A stretch of 60,015 nucleotides of DNA, the filler included, from Basidioascus undulatus (lineage: Eukaryota), in the NCBI GenBank assembly GCA_000826855.1. It is 9 parts of 9 records of this genome, joined end to end, with 100 filler letters (N's around TTAATTAATTAA, not from the genome) between each part and the next. Parts side by side here need not be neighbours in the genome. Positions count along the whole stretch, not along the records: positions 20,108 to 26,690 come from JTLS01001714.1; positions 26,791 to 33,371 come from JTLS01001715.1; positions 33,472 to 40,049 come from JTLS01001716.1; 6 more parts are not named here. One strand, given 5' to 3'. The translations under genes were made by a program, and so were the position numbers. A model generated the notes under the pieces. The model was not told the origin of the DNA, did no database searches, and worked only from the letters and a program-made list of their open reading frames with translations. Numbering within the stretch: position 1 is the stretch's first letter; each line of letters starts with the position of its first letter. Shown here one piece after another: positions 24,671 to 36,335 of this stretch.

Positions 24671-26626
24671 CTACCCGATCGCCCGCATGGCCGCCGCATA
24701 CCCCTGTGCCCACCCGGCCTCGAACTCCCAGATTCCCGGGCCAGGCCCGCGCTCGTGCGCGTGCTCCGCCGCGCGGCCCTTGACCCACCCGCGCTCGTAC
24801 CCGACCTCGCTGCGGGATTTCGCGGGTCCAGAAGAGGGGAAGTACGCGAAGAGGACGGCGTCGTCCCAGCCTTGCTCGAAGCCGAGACCGAAGCGCCAGT
24901 GCTCGGGCGGCGTCGGGGGAGGGTGCGAGGACCAGTAGGAGGAGTGGCCGTCTGGGTGGGGAGAGGGAGAGTGCGAAACATCAGCATCAGCGCCGGACTT
25001 GATTGGCGGGGAGGTGAGCGGTACGCACTGAACGCCTGGTGCGCTTCGTGCTTCTTCCGGTCCTCGGGCGGGTGCGGGTTGGAAGGCTTCCCGCGTTTTC
25101 CACCGACCCAGTCGGGCATGATGCCGCACTTGACCGCCTCGTAGAACGACCAGCCGCCGTCGTGGTCTCCTTCCTTCTTCTTCAGCGTCCAGAAGAACCA
25201 GCTCGCAGTCGTTTCTTCGTACATCCTGCAGATCCAAAACATCGTCAGATCAAAGAAGACCCCTTGTCGGGGAAGGAAAGGAAGTGAACGAGAAGAAGAC
25301 GTACTCGAGCTGGCCGCGGCACCACATCTTCCTCAGCTCGTTCCAGTCTCCCGGCAGGCTGGCGGGGTTGAGCGCCGCCGACTGTGCGCCTCTCGAATCA
25401 GCCTCACACATGCACGCCCATAAAACAGCAGCAAAAGTCAGAAAGCGCACCCATTCTCCGACCATCAAGTGCCCCCCACTCTTCGCCTTCGCGTCCCGCA
25501 GCATGTGCAGGTACTCGGCTTTGCACCGCCCCGCGTGGTCCCAGGCAGTCGCTCCGTGATCCTGCGCAAGCGGAACCGAAGGACGAGAGTCAGTACCGAG
25601 GGGAAGGCCGGGAGATCGTGCTGCGAGGAGGGCAGAAGCCGGGGTAGGAGAAGGAATGACCTCTGACGTGAAGCAGCGCTGTCGGGCTTCAAAAGTCAGA
25701 TGCTCGTCTGAAGGGTTGTTTAACAAAGGGCGGATTCGGTGCGTACGTATAGGTGATGGTCCACTACAACGACGTCGTCTCGCTTGCCAACGATCTGGGC
25801 GTACCACTGTCTCCCTCCCCGATCAGCCCTCATCCCTCTCTCCCTCACCCCTCCTTCTCCTTAACTCACGTTCAGGTCCCACGCATCCCCAATAACCAGA
25901 GGGAACCCCGGCCCGACGACCGTCCTGAGCTCCGCGAGCGTGCGCTCGTACCACCCCTGCAGACCGCCGTGGTTGGCTGGCTCGTTGAGGAGCTCGATCC
26001 CGACGACGTTGGGCACGTCGCGGAACGCAGACGCAAGGAACCGGAGCGCGTGCGAGGTCACTTCGAGGTTCCGCGCGCGCTGGAAGAGTGCGGGAGACGG
26101 CGCGGACGTCCCGCTGTGGTCGTCGTTGTTCTGCTTGCCCGGGGCCGCGTGCAGGTCTCCGAGGAGAGGTGAGGTAAGGAGAGGCGGAGAGGCGGGGAAG
26201 GGAGGAGGGGAGACGTACCGATTAGGACGCCCAGACCGTGTCGCTCGGCGGTTTGGATGGCTGCGAGGATGCGGTGCCACGCGCCGTCGAAGACGGGTCC
26301 GAGGCCGGCGAAGCTGTACGCCCCCCACTCAGCTCTCAGCAACCGCTTTCTCTCCTGCCCTCCAGCACCCCATCGACCTACTCCGTCCCATCAAGGTATC
26401 CATGCCCCAGCGGATTGCTCATATGGTAATAGCCAACCTGTCACCATCCTCCACCACCTCGTCAGCCCAGCCGCTCGTCTCCCACTGTCACTGATGATCC
26501 CCGAACGCACCGGCAGCCGAACAGTGTTGATCCCCTTCTGTGCAAGCCACTGAAAGTCCTTCTCCGTGATCCACGAGTCCCAGTGGGCCTCCCAGATCTG
26601 CTTGGCGTTCCCGCCCTTCGCGACAT
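24671..26626 (-). CDS. Glycoside hydrolase family 5, exo-beta-1,3-glucanase-like; 5' truncated
   Basis: HWDSWITEKDFQWLAQKGINTVRLP, DLHAAPGKQNNDDHSG, GIELLNEP (acid/base Glu), VVDHHLY, VGEWSAAL (nucleophile Glu), WFFWTLK. Confidence 0.92.
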
Positions 26627-26666
26627 CTGTAACGCACCAGCATCGTCCCTCATCAACCGGCTGGGG

Positions 26667-26690
26667 CCCCCCCCCCCCCCCCCCCCCCCC
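26667..26690 (+). repeat. Poly-C run at the contig end, probably a sequencing artefact
   Basis: About 24 C directly before the linker; resembles the poly-G artefact of two-colour Illumina chemistry (inference). Confidence 0.6.
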
Positions 26691-26790
26691 NNNNNNNNNN
26701 NNNNNNNNNNNNNNNNNNNNNNNNNNNNNNNNNNTTAATTAATTAANNNNNNNNNNNNNNNNNNNNNNNNNNNNNNNNNNNNNNNNNNNN
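26691..26790. other. Artificial contig linker
   Basis: N44-TTAATTAATTAA-N44. Confidence 0.98.
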
Positions 26791-26805
26791 GTGCTCTTCC
26801 GATCT
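26791..26805 (+). other. Illumina TruSeq adapter remnant
   Basis: Contig starts GTGCTCTTCCGATCT, the 3' end of CAGACGTGTGCTCTTCCGATCT. Confidence 0.9.
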
Positions 26806-28739
26806 AGGTCAGGTTAGGCAGGATCAGTCTCCCGGCTGTGGATGTGTCTAGTAACTTAGTTGTAAGCGAATGGCGGGGGTCGGTGGTTGGATTCGAGAAG
26901 ATGAGCGGGGGTCGATGAGCGAAGTGAAAATAAAGGAGGTTTGAGGTATGAGGGCTCAATGGCAACTGCTCCGGCCAAAGCACAGTGGGGGCCCGCCCCG
27001 CATCCACGGACAACCCGCAGAGACGAGCTTGGCATCTCAAGGCGGAGTGGCAAGTAACGCTTTCGACCATGAACATGAGATGGATGCATTGCGGCAATGG
27101 ATCATCACTCATCAGTGTCCATGATCTCAACGTACGTATCTTGAAGATGTGTAAATCCCTAAGCTTCCATGCCCAGAGACTCCAGAAGCAGAGGAAGTAC
27201 CTTCCCGCATCTTAGCAGCAACTGCAATGATGATCAGCGAAAGCCCCACATCCCAAGGTCAACAAAGCATGGCGACAATGTCGAGACAAAGCTTCGCAAC
27301 AAGGAAGAGAGACGAAGCACACACGGCACACAAGGAAGAACTTCGAGCGAGCAATGAATTGCGAGCGCGGCAACAATGAACAGAGTACAACAACCCACCC
27401 CCGAGCCTGACCCATCACAAACCTGCCCGAACGAACCAAACAAGACGCGTCAGCGCACGATCTCTAACTCTCATATCCAATGCGCGTGCGGTCCTATAGC
27501 GTCCTCAGACATCCAAGGAAGGATGGGGCCCTCACCAGCCCTGACGGGAGCCGCGCCCCTCGCCCTATTTTACACTTTGGCCCATACGGGCCAAAGCGCC
27601 GTCGACCCCCAGCCCGCGCATCCCCCTTGCGGGGGAGGTTCGGCGCGCGGGCGGAGCGGGGGGAGGAGCGGGGTACAGGGGGAGCTCGACCGCGTGAACC
27701 CGGCTTGCGAGGCCGGGCGGGCCTAGGGTGGAAACTGCGATGGTTGAAACGATGTTCGTTTCATCATTGGACGGCGCCGTGGGTGGATTGCACGCGCAAA
27801 CCCTGCATCGGAGGAAAGGAAGGACTGAGAATCACCTGCAGACACCGACGGGGAAGGGAGGGTGGGTCAGTGGACCTGCTTCAACGGATGTGTGCGGGAG
27901 AATGTGCGGATGGGAAAGCCGGAAGGGCATGAGGGGATCAGACAAGACAAAGGCTGGCAAGCCCGGAGAGTGCGACGATGAGCTAGGCTCACGCGCGGCC
28001 CGCCCCCCAGCGACGGGGGGCGGCTCGTTCTTCTCGGCATGGTCGTGTAGGACGGGGAAGAGAAGTGGAAGGTCATCGTGTCGAGCACGGCCGGCGCGCT
28101 CCCATCCGGCGCAGAAAAGAAACCGAGGCACAGAACGCGGAAGGAAAGCTCACCTTATGGAATGCGATGGAAGAGGAGACGTCGGAGACCTCGATGAAAG
28201 GGAGAAGGTCGAGAGCAGAGAAGACGCCGGGAGCATCCGCAAGACTTTATGCGTGTGGGCGAGCCTCGACGAGGTTACGGTTGTAGCCTGCCTTTCAACG
28301 TTCAACGACTGCAACACTTGCGGCGTGACGCAGGGCAGCCAAGGTTTTTTCATTCTGAGAATTAAGTTACTCTCCTAGAATCAAGGCGCCTTTCATCTCG
28401 TAACTTGCATGATAAATAATGGGGTTAGAAAGATGCACCCACGACTGTGGCGCAGCGCAGTCGCGTCGGGAGGTCGTAGGCAGTTGCACACATGATTTTG
28501 ATAATAAATTATACGCACTGAATGTTATGAATAGAGTACGTAAATGTTTGGAGGTGGATGGAGGGATCTGACGACTAGTGGGGAGGTCGGTTGGCTGCAG
28601 CTGTGGACAGCCTCCGTCACCGTCGCATCCGGTACGCTTGTGAGAATTTTCAGGGTCTATCAAAACCGATGGTTAGTCTGCCTCAAACAAGTCCGTCAAA
28701 AATCCTACAAGAGAAATTTGTTTGTCAACTCCCCGACGA

Positions 28740-29850
28740 CTCCACCGTTTTGAAAGTAAATCAGCGGACTGCCACAGCTGCTGGAGCGGCGCGGCCTCAC
28801 CTTGCTTCTCGACCATCACCATTATCTTGTCACACATTACCTCCTATTAGACATGGGCAGCACATGGACCTACACTCACGTATGCTTCGGCATAGCGGTG
28901 CGGTTCCTGCTCTCATCTGCCTGCCTGCATGCTGAGCTGAAGGGAGTCGACTGCGAGTTTTTTCAGGTCGAACCATGGCAGCTCTTCATGGCGGCCCGGT
29001 CCCAGCCGGCTTTCGAGGCGAATTGAGGTAGACCATGTATGTAAGGAACCGCTCGCTGAGCTGACCATATGCCTTCTCAATGGAAATCGTCAACACTATC
29101 GAGGTGTTCAAGGCTCCGGTGTCGTCCGGCCGCTTGTTCCTCGCTGGCGACTCGTTGCCTCATCGTAACTCCATAGTAGACCTCCCATCCGACGTGCTCG
29201 CCATCGTATACAAAAACATCAGGATGGCTATGATCCATGATTTGGGCGGAGGTTGGCCTCAGCCGCGACGAGAAAAGCGGATGTGCGAGGGTGTTGGGGA
29301 GGCGGGAAGCAAGGACTGCGTGGACCCGAAGGCTGTTTTAAAGGACATGCAGCAGCTTCCTCTGGACGACGTGAGTTGCGCAATATCCTTCTGATGAATT
29401 AAAAAAATTAATATCTTGAGAAAAGCGTCTCAACCCACCGAATTACAACTGATCGCGCTCGTCACCCGCGTCCTTTCTCCCTACGGTCTCTTGCTCGCTC
29501 ACAGGGCCACGCCTCCAAACGGCTACTTCGAAATGGATGAGCTAGAGGAGCTCAACCACATGGTCTTTCATGTCAGCCTTCCCCTCTATCAGTCCGACCG
29601 TGCCCTCAAGCCCATGGAGTACCTCCTTTCCACGGACAAACATCCCGTGCAGGGCTGGTTCTCCATCAACCCCGCCACGCTGATGCTCACGGAAGAGAAG
29701 CGCGTCCGTTTCCTCCGCCTCGTGAAGGACCTGGACCTCCGGGTTCGTGGGCGCGGGACGCAAATCTCGGGGCAGCCGCAGGATGGGTCGGGCGCACATT
29801 GGAGCCGCAGTTCACCGTCAATGAACAACACGTATGCGTGGTATGACTAG
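28740..29850 (+). CDS. Hypothetical or decayed gene
   Basis: Coding-like ORFs 28802-29026, 29080-29394 (SIVDLPSDVLAIVYKNIR) and 29416-29850, with donor-like GTATGT/GTGAGT sites between them. No family recognised. Confidence 0.35.
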
Positions 29851-30852
29851 GGACACACACTGGGTGGTGCTGGCAGAGAATAAACTCCAATGATTAGTGC
29901 GAATTGTGGAGGACATAACTGTACAGTGGTTCTCGGCCTGGGAGGTGAACATGCACGCTGGGAAGTCATTCCCTGACACACAGAGCTGCGTTTAAATGCT
30001 CAGCCCGGGGTAGCTCACCATTGACTGAGTAACTCTGTACGGTGCAATTCTTTTTTGCGCTCTCAGGTCGATGAAATTCTGCCTGGGTGCGCACTGTGGG
30101 CTCGAGTTCCAGCCGGGGTGGCAATGCGCGGTGCTGTACAGCGTCACCGGCATGCGCGTATGACTTCACACAGGGTAGCGATCTAACGTCGTCTGACATC
30201 CTCCCGCCGCCGATTCATTGCGACGGAAGAGGGACAGATGTAAAGTCCTCGAGCGTGGTTTGGTCCAGAGATAGAGCCATCGAATTTTTCCGGTGTGCAG
30301 TCTGCCTTTCACCTCCCCTCTTCCCAAACTGCTGTTTCGACAGGCCTTACCACCGTTCCCCACTCCTCTTTTCTCACCTGGGATTTAAAGGAGTGTACAG
30401 CACAATCTCAACGTGCGATATTGCGCTTGTCCCGGCGTAATGGCCACGGGGCCAAACGTACACCCTATCAACAGCTGTGCCTGTGCATGTGACACGGACG
30501 TTGTGGGGATGTCATCTCGTCACATGCTTGTGGGCCCCGGTACCTCACCGTCGTCTTCGCAGGGCGACCACAGCTTTGATTGTTGTCTGTTTCGGTGTGT
30601 GTTGAGTTGGGCTTCCAACCTGAACTGGCGGGCCTTCCACATTGCTGTTGGAAACATGACTTCAACTTTCTTTTAAGTGGACGCAAGTAGCGCCGGGATT
30701 CTACTTTGCAAAAGGCAAGCAACCAGCACTCTGCTATTTGGCGCTGAGCGCCTGGAACCAGGGTTTGTTTTCCGACTGAAGAGCTGCTCCATCTCGCTCT
30801 ACTACCAACCACCTTGTCCTTCACTGCCTCCATACTGACATGCACGCCCAAA

Positions 30853-32190
30853 ATGTCCCGCACTACCATCGTTGATATGCCAACCGAGAACCTTTCTGCC
30901 ATTATCCGCTTTCTGCGCACTCGGACCGCTGTGCATCACCGTCCTCCGCAAAGTGCTTCCAATCGTGCGGGTGTCGAGCGCTCTACAGAAGCTGTCACTT
31001 CAGTATGCAGCTCATAAAGATCCTAACGCTCTGGGCGATCGCATGGGTCCAAGCGAGTTCGTTCAAATCCAGGCAGGGGCGCTGCGTTGCTTGCCGACGT
31101 TCTCCGCATGGCAGTCGAACAAGAGCGCCTGGTCTCGGCGACGGCTACCGTTCGATATTGATATCATTAGCATGTTCCAGCGGATGCTGCAAGAGCCTGC
31201 ACCGCGCTTCTCCGCGCCACTGCGGCATCTCGCGCTGAGAGGCACGATGCTCTTGTCGACCGTCGACAGTGGACCCGCACCATTTGCACTACACTTACTC
31301 CAAGAGGCATTGTGTCTCGACTCTCTCATCTTGAGGAGCGACTGGGAGACGTCTCAATTCTCGCCTCCCGTGGCGCCCGTCGTCCACAGCCTGATGATTC
31401 AACAGGCAAAACTCGGCAGTGCCATGTCCATGTTCATCTCGCAGCGTTCGGAGCTTCGTTACCTCATGCTGGGCTCTTCCATGCACGATGACGTGAGCGA
31501 TTCGAGCGACGGTTCACAGCGTGTTCCAGTCCAAGCGGGGGCTTTGCCGCCACCTCGAGTCCTTGAGGGCTTCTGTCCAGGACGCCCTGGCGATCATTCA
31601 GGCCACGAGCTCGGAAAGTCTATTCGAGATTATCACTTAGCCAATATCACTGACACGGACTCTGGGGGCGTGTACGCGCTCCTCCCGCATTTCCCTTCAA
31701 CGCTCACGCACGTCTTGCTGGTCTATCTGCCACTCAGTTCGATTGAGTCAATGCACTTCCTCTCGCATGGGTCCACCGCACTTGCAGCGCTTCATCGCGC
31801 CGGAGGCGCGCATACCGCGGTTCCATGTGCAGGTACGTCTCGTCTGTTCCGCTGCTTTTGCGACATGGTAGCGCCATTCTTCAAGTCTTTTCCATTATAC
31901 AGGCTATTTCGGAAGCCTTTGGAGCCTCGAAGACCTTCGCGGCCTGTGTCTTTCGCTTAATGAGGTCGACCGGAAGGACCTACCCCTCGCAGAGCGGTTC
32001 ATCATCGCCTGCGCGCGGCTTTAACTCTTCTCGACCGATGCCGACGCAGAGATCGTGTATCAGGTGGAGCGCGGGGGGGACGGAGACGGGCTGCGCTTGG
32101 ATGATGTTCAATTCGGGTGGGACAAATGGTATGGCCTGTGTGGCTTTGAGCGGACGATGTTCACAATGGGTCGGAGGCGGACAATATTGA
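30853..32190 (+). pseudogene. F-box-like / RNI-like gene, frameshifted
   Basis: MSRTTIVDMPTENLSAIIRFL (F-box-like start) is out of frame with the 362-aa ORF 30872-31960, which has LRR-like segments (LRHLALRG, LDSLILRS, LRYLMLG, LTHVLL). The tail is fragmented. Confidence 0.45.
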
Positions 32191-32712
32191 TTGATTGCTC
32201 GTTACATTGTGCTGTGTAGAACACCACCGTAGACTTTAAAAAACAAAAAGCCTGCTTGACTTATAGGTTACAGTAATGGAGATGTTCTGCGTGTTGGCCA
32301 GTCAGACCGCAATGCCATCCGACTCAACTTCCAAAAATCACATCGGCTCCTGTGACCCATTATGGTAATATTCCCGCAACTGTGTGAAAAAAGGACGCAG
32401 CTTGAGACAGACCTGCAACTGGGTCAGCAGTACTTCTTGTCCACTGCGAGAGCTGGCATATCTGCAAGTATAGCCGTTTCTTTCCCACTCTCGCTACCCG
32501 CATTTGGACCTATGGAACTTCATTGTTACTGGCAAGCGTCTTCAGCACACCACCTATCAGTGCGCGTTGCTCCCACCATCCAAGCCGCATCTCCACTTCA
32601 AAGCAAACGTCCTGCCCGGTCTGTATCAAATGTCGCTCTGATGCCAGCAGCCCACAGTCTATTGTGCACTTCCTACCCTCAGGATATCACCTTCCCCTCC
32701 TCCGCCGCACCT

Positions 32713-33371
32713 TTACTCCCTGACCGGCTCTGGTGCCTCGGGCTCCGGAGCCTTCGTCGGCACCGGCAGTGCAGTCGCCTTCCACCCAGCCCGGAGTTGT
32801 CCGAGCGCGGCGATGGTGCCGAATACACCTGTCCAGACCTGGCCCACTCATCAAGCACAGTCAGCCGCCTGGGCCCTTGTTCCTAACCTTTATCTCCCTA
32901 TCGAGGAACGCGGAAGGGGGGCGGCGAGGCGAGAGATGCGGAGACGAGAGATGGGGTGAAGCAACGCACATCGTTCGCATACAGCCCCTTCTCCAGACTC
33001 CAATGGATCGTCAGGGGGAGGTACCCCAGATTCACGACCGTCTCCGTCGCGATCGCCTGAGCGCGCGCGCGCACGTCCGCCCACTCCTCGTCGGCGGGCG
33101 CGAGGGTGTCTACGGCGTTGGAGCCGGAGCGGCGGCGGCGCGCGGACTTGCGGAGCGCGTTGGTCCGCAGGGAGAGTAGGCGGCGGTCCTCGGTGAGATG
33201 GAGGAGCTGGTCCAGGTAGGGCGAGGGGGGTGAGATGGAGGGGAAGAGGAAAGGAAGGTGGGGGAGAGGGAAGACGGACTTGAAGCACGACGTATGCGGC
33301 CCAGAAGCGACACGACCAGACGCCGATTTGGAGGAGCTTTTGCGCGGGGAGGGGGATCACGCCGTGGGAGG
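32713..33371 (-). CDS. PEX11-family peroxisomal membrane protein (Pex11C-like); 5' truncated
   Basis: IGVWSCRFWAAYVVLQ / LLHLTEDRRLL...TVVNLGYLPLTIHWSLEKGLYAND / VWTGVFGTIAALGQLRAGWKATA. The WSCRFW and PLTIHWSLEKG motifs match fungal Pex11-family proteins. Confidence 0.8.
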
Positions 33372-33471
33372 NNNNNNNNNNNNNNNNNNNNNNNNNNNNN
33401 NNNNNNNNNNNNNNNTTAATTAATTAANNNNNNNNNNNNNNNNNNNNNNNNNNNNNNNNNNNNNNNNNNNN
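33372..33471. other. Artificial contig linker
   Basis: N44-TTAATTAATTAA-N44. Confidence 0.98.
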
Positions 33472-33572
33472 CGAGCCACTAAGCGATGAAAGGGTTCAGC
33501 GACGAAAGGAGGTGTCAACCGTCAAAGTGGTGTCAAAGGCTAGATCATCTTCTCAATCTCCAACATGCTAAC

Positions 33573-33670
33573 GGCCTGATGGTCTAGTCGTATGATTTTC
33601 CCTTCGGGTTGCGAAGCCCATGCGTTCGCATGTCTGGGAGAGGTCCCGGGTTCAATTCCCGGTCAGGCCC
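33573..33670 (+). tRNA. tRNA-Pro(CGG) with a 26-nt intron (33609-33634)
   Basis: Acceptor GGCCTGA/TCAGGCC, anticodon stem TTCCC/GGGAG with loop TT-CGG-G^T, T arm CCGGG-TTCAATT-CCCGG, followed by TTTTT. Confidence 0.9.
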
Positions 33671-33876
33671 TTTTTGCTGCACCGCAACCTCCATGTCCTC
33701 GTTGTCTCGGCGACTGAACTTTTTGCACATTTTGAAAGAGCTAAAAGCGTTCAGTGCTCACCCACGCTGGGGAAGGGAGGCATCAACTTCGATGGATGTG
33801 CAAAAGCAGGCAGAACACCACCGTGCGCGTGGGGATTCTTCAACAAGCAGAGAGCGGTCAGAAGGGGGATGCAAAA

Positions 33877-33957
33877 AGTCGTGCATGGGACTCGAACCCA
33901 CAACCTCCGGTAAATGAGAAATCGGAAACCGACGCGCTACCATTGCGCCAACACGAC
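33877..33957 (-). tRNA. tRNA-Arg(CCG) with a 9-nt intron
   Basis: Reverse complement GTCGTGT-TG-GCGC-AATGGTA-GCGC-G-TCGGT-TTCCGA[TTTCTCATT]T-ACCGG-AGGTT-GTGGG-TTCGAGT-CCCAT-GCACGAC-T, then a T-run. Confidence 0.88.
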
Positions 33958-35361
33958 GTTCTTATTTTAACCACAATTATTTTAATTCAAGAGTTACGCC
34001 GTAAAAGCCACAAGGGCGAGCATAAGAGAAGCTATAACGCCAAAGGTAACGGGATAAGGTCTGCGCTGCATCCGCCACGCGCGAACGATGCGGCCAGGCA
34101 TGTCTCTGGCTAGCATTTCCTGCACTCGGTTTTGCATAATTACTCCATGGACGCATTGAGATCCAGGAGCTGTCTCTCTGTCCATAAAGCTTTTGAAAAC
34201 GAATTGTCACGTGTTTCAGAACTTTTAATCTGAAATACAAGAGGGATCAGGACTTGACACCTGCTTGTTGCGTTGAGCAGGTCCGGGAGTTGCACCTCAA
34301 GCAGGTCTTGGTGCTGTACCGCTATGCCTTCCTTCATAACCGCTAAACTTTCATCATAGCTCTGATGTTGAACAGTCACCAGGATGATTTTCTACTCTGC
34401 ATGTTAAGTGTCCTTTTGAAATGTGGTTTCAAAATCCTTAACCCGCCCCCTTCAGCTCGTCTGCAATCTGCATTCTGCGATCCGCATGCAGCTCAGCAGT
34501 CCTCGGCAGTGTGTCCTTCCGACCAATTCACTGAACAGACACGCTTTGACGAGATTCTCATGTCCTGGTAGACTGACCGAAGAACTATCTAAACATCTCC
34601 GGCTCTTCTCTATCGCAGTGGTAACGACATGTAACGCACTCGTTGGGGTCTGATCCTCGACCAATCTTCGTGTTGTCTTCCACTTGCCACCAAGTCCAGC
34701 ATGGCTCACTGAGGTAGCATACTACTAATATAAGTATTCTTTAGAGCCAAGATATGCAATAAACAATGTGATTTGCCTTGGGAGTGAGTGATGCCAGTCT
34801 TTCTTAGCCTCCATTTTTCCGTGCAGAACACGGTTCGCTTGAGCCGGGTTTTCACAAGAGGTCATGTCTCTGATTTTTATCTCATGGAAGAATTATGTCT
34901 GGGGCAGTACTGGTAGTCTGCCGAAGCAAGGTTAAGGGCGGGAGAACAGCGTATTGGGTCTCAGTGCTTATGTTTCAAGAAAAAGCCATCTAACACGGCG
35001 TGTCAGAAGATATAGAGTGGTCAAGTGGCATCGGTACAAAATATTAATGCGACAGCAGCGGTAATGTATGTGAAGCAGGGCCGTTCAGACCTCGCCTTTC
35101 AAAACCTCTTCGATGCTCATCCCCTCCCGGTCCCAAAGCGTGCCATCCAACAATCTCTCCCATAGCTACCCATTTGCCCCGTACGAGTTTGCGCAAACGG
35201 GGGCTTCTCTTCTTCTCGTTTCGGAACCGAGTCGTTGTCAAGAAAGAGCACCGAAACATTCACCTGGTGGCACTCACTTGATTGCCTCCCAGACGAGGTG
35301 ATCTTTCCAACGCGGTACCTGAATGAAGAGGAGGCGTTTCAAATCCGGAATATTCTTAAAC

Positions 35362-36080
35362 TCAGCTGCCAGGCTCAAGGGCATGTCCGGATAGTCTCCA
35401 TTTGTTTCGATGTGGAAGAGGATCAATTGAGTGAGTGATGAGAAGCTGCGGAGGAGGCAGGCCTTTGTAGCTCAACCAACTTCTGGCGATGCAAAGTCGG
35501 CGCAGCATCGGCATGCTTTGCCCTCGCGAGAGGATGTCGCCTGGAACGCAGTTCTGAGCTGCAGCGTGCGTCGGGGACATGAGTGAATTCTTCGAGCTGC
35601 AGAATCCCAAGGAGATCGAAAAGCGGCGTCCCCTCGGCCGAAAGGCACTTGTAGTTGAGCACGAGACGACGCAGAGACGCTGATGCGGCTGAAAAGAGGG
35701 CGTTCGAGACTTCAAGCCTGGCATTGCATGCCTTGGGGCTATCATCCCGAACTTCTCCCAGAAGAGCGAGGGCCTGGACATGGTGCAGATGCGAAGATGC
35801 GCTAAGCAACTTGATCGATGAGGACGACTGGATAGTAGGTGGTGTGGAGCTGCTCGATTGCAACCGCGCGGATGTCGCACGAGACAGGGTGAGCGCCAAG
35901 AGGGTTTTCAGAACGTGCGTGCCCGTATGCGAGCGGGTGCGAGGGTTGCACAAGGACGGTGAAAGTGTGTGCGATCACGTCGAAAGGATGTGGCGAGGCA
36001 TTGTGAGCGTGGTTGACTTTGGGATGATTCGGCAAGGTGGAGTGAAAGGGGAGGGAGGGCATCGAGAGCAGAACCGACTC
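35362..36080 (-). pseudogene. Decayed F-box/RNI-like gene between the tRNA-Pro genes
   Basis: Fragments STTLTMPRHILST, VLKTLLALTLSR, HVQALALLG and SLRRLVLNY...LQLEEFTH lie in different frames. Confidence 0.35.
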
Positions 36081-36255
36081 CGGAGAACTCGGAGGCGGCC
36101 CGGCTCCGCGCCGCACAGCAAGCTCGATGGTTGCGCTGGGTCTTGCGCGCTGTAGGTAATGGGAATGGGAACCATGTCAAAGGTGCAATCGGGCATGCGT
36201 GCTCAAATCGACAAAAACAGGTGGCTCCGAAGTTCGACTGAAACGACAGCAAAAA

Positions 36256-36335
36256 GGGCCTGACCGGGAATTGAACCCGGGACCTCTCCCAATTGAAAAC
36301 CCTAAGGGAAAATCATACTACTAGACCATCAGGCC
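36256..36335 (-). tRNA. tRNA-Pro(AGG) with an 8-nt intron
   Basis: Reverse complement GGCCTGATGGTCTAGTAGTATGATTTTCCCTTAGGG[TTTTCAAT]TGGGAGAGGTCCCGGGTTCAATTCCCGGTCAGGCCC, then TTTTT. Confidence 0.9.
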
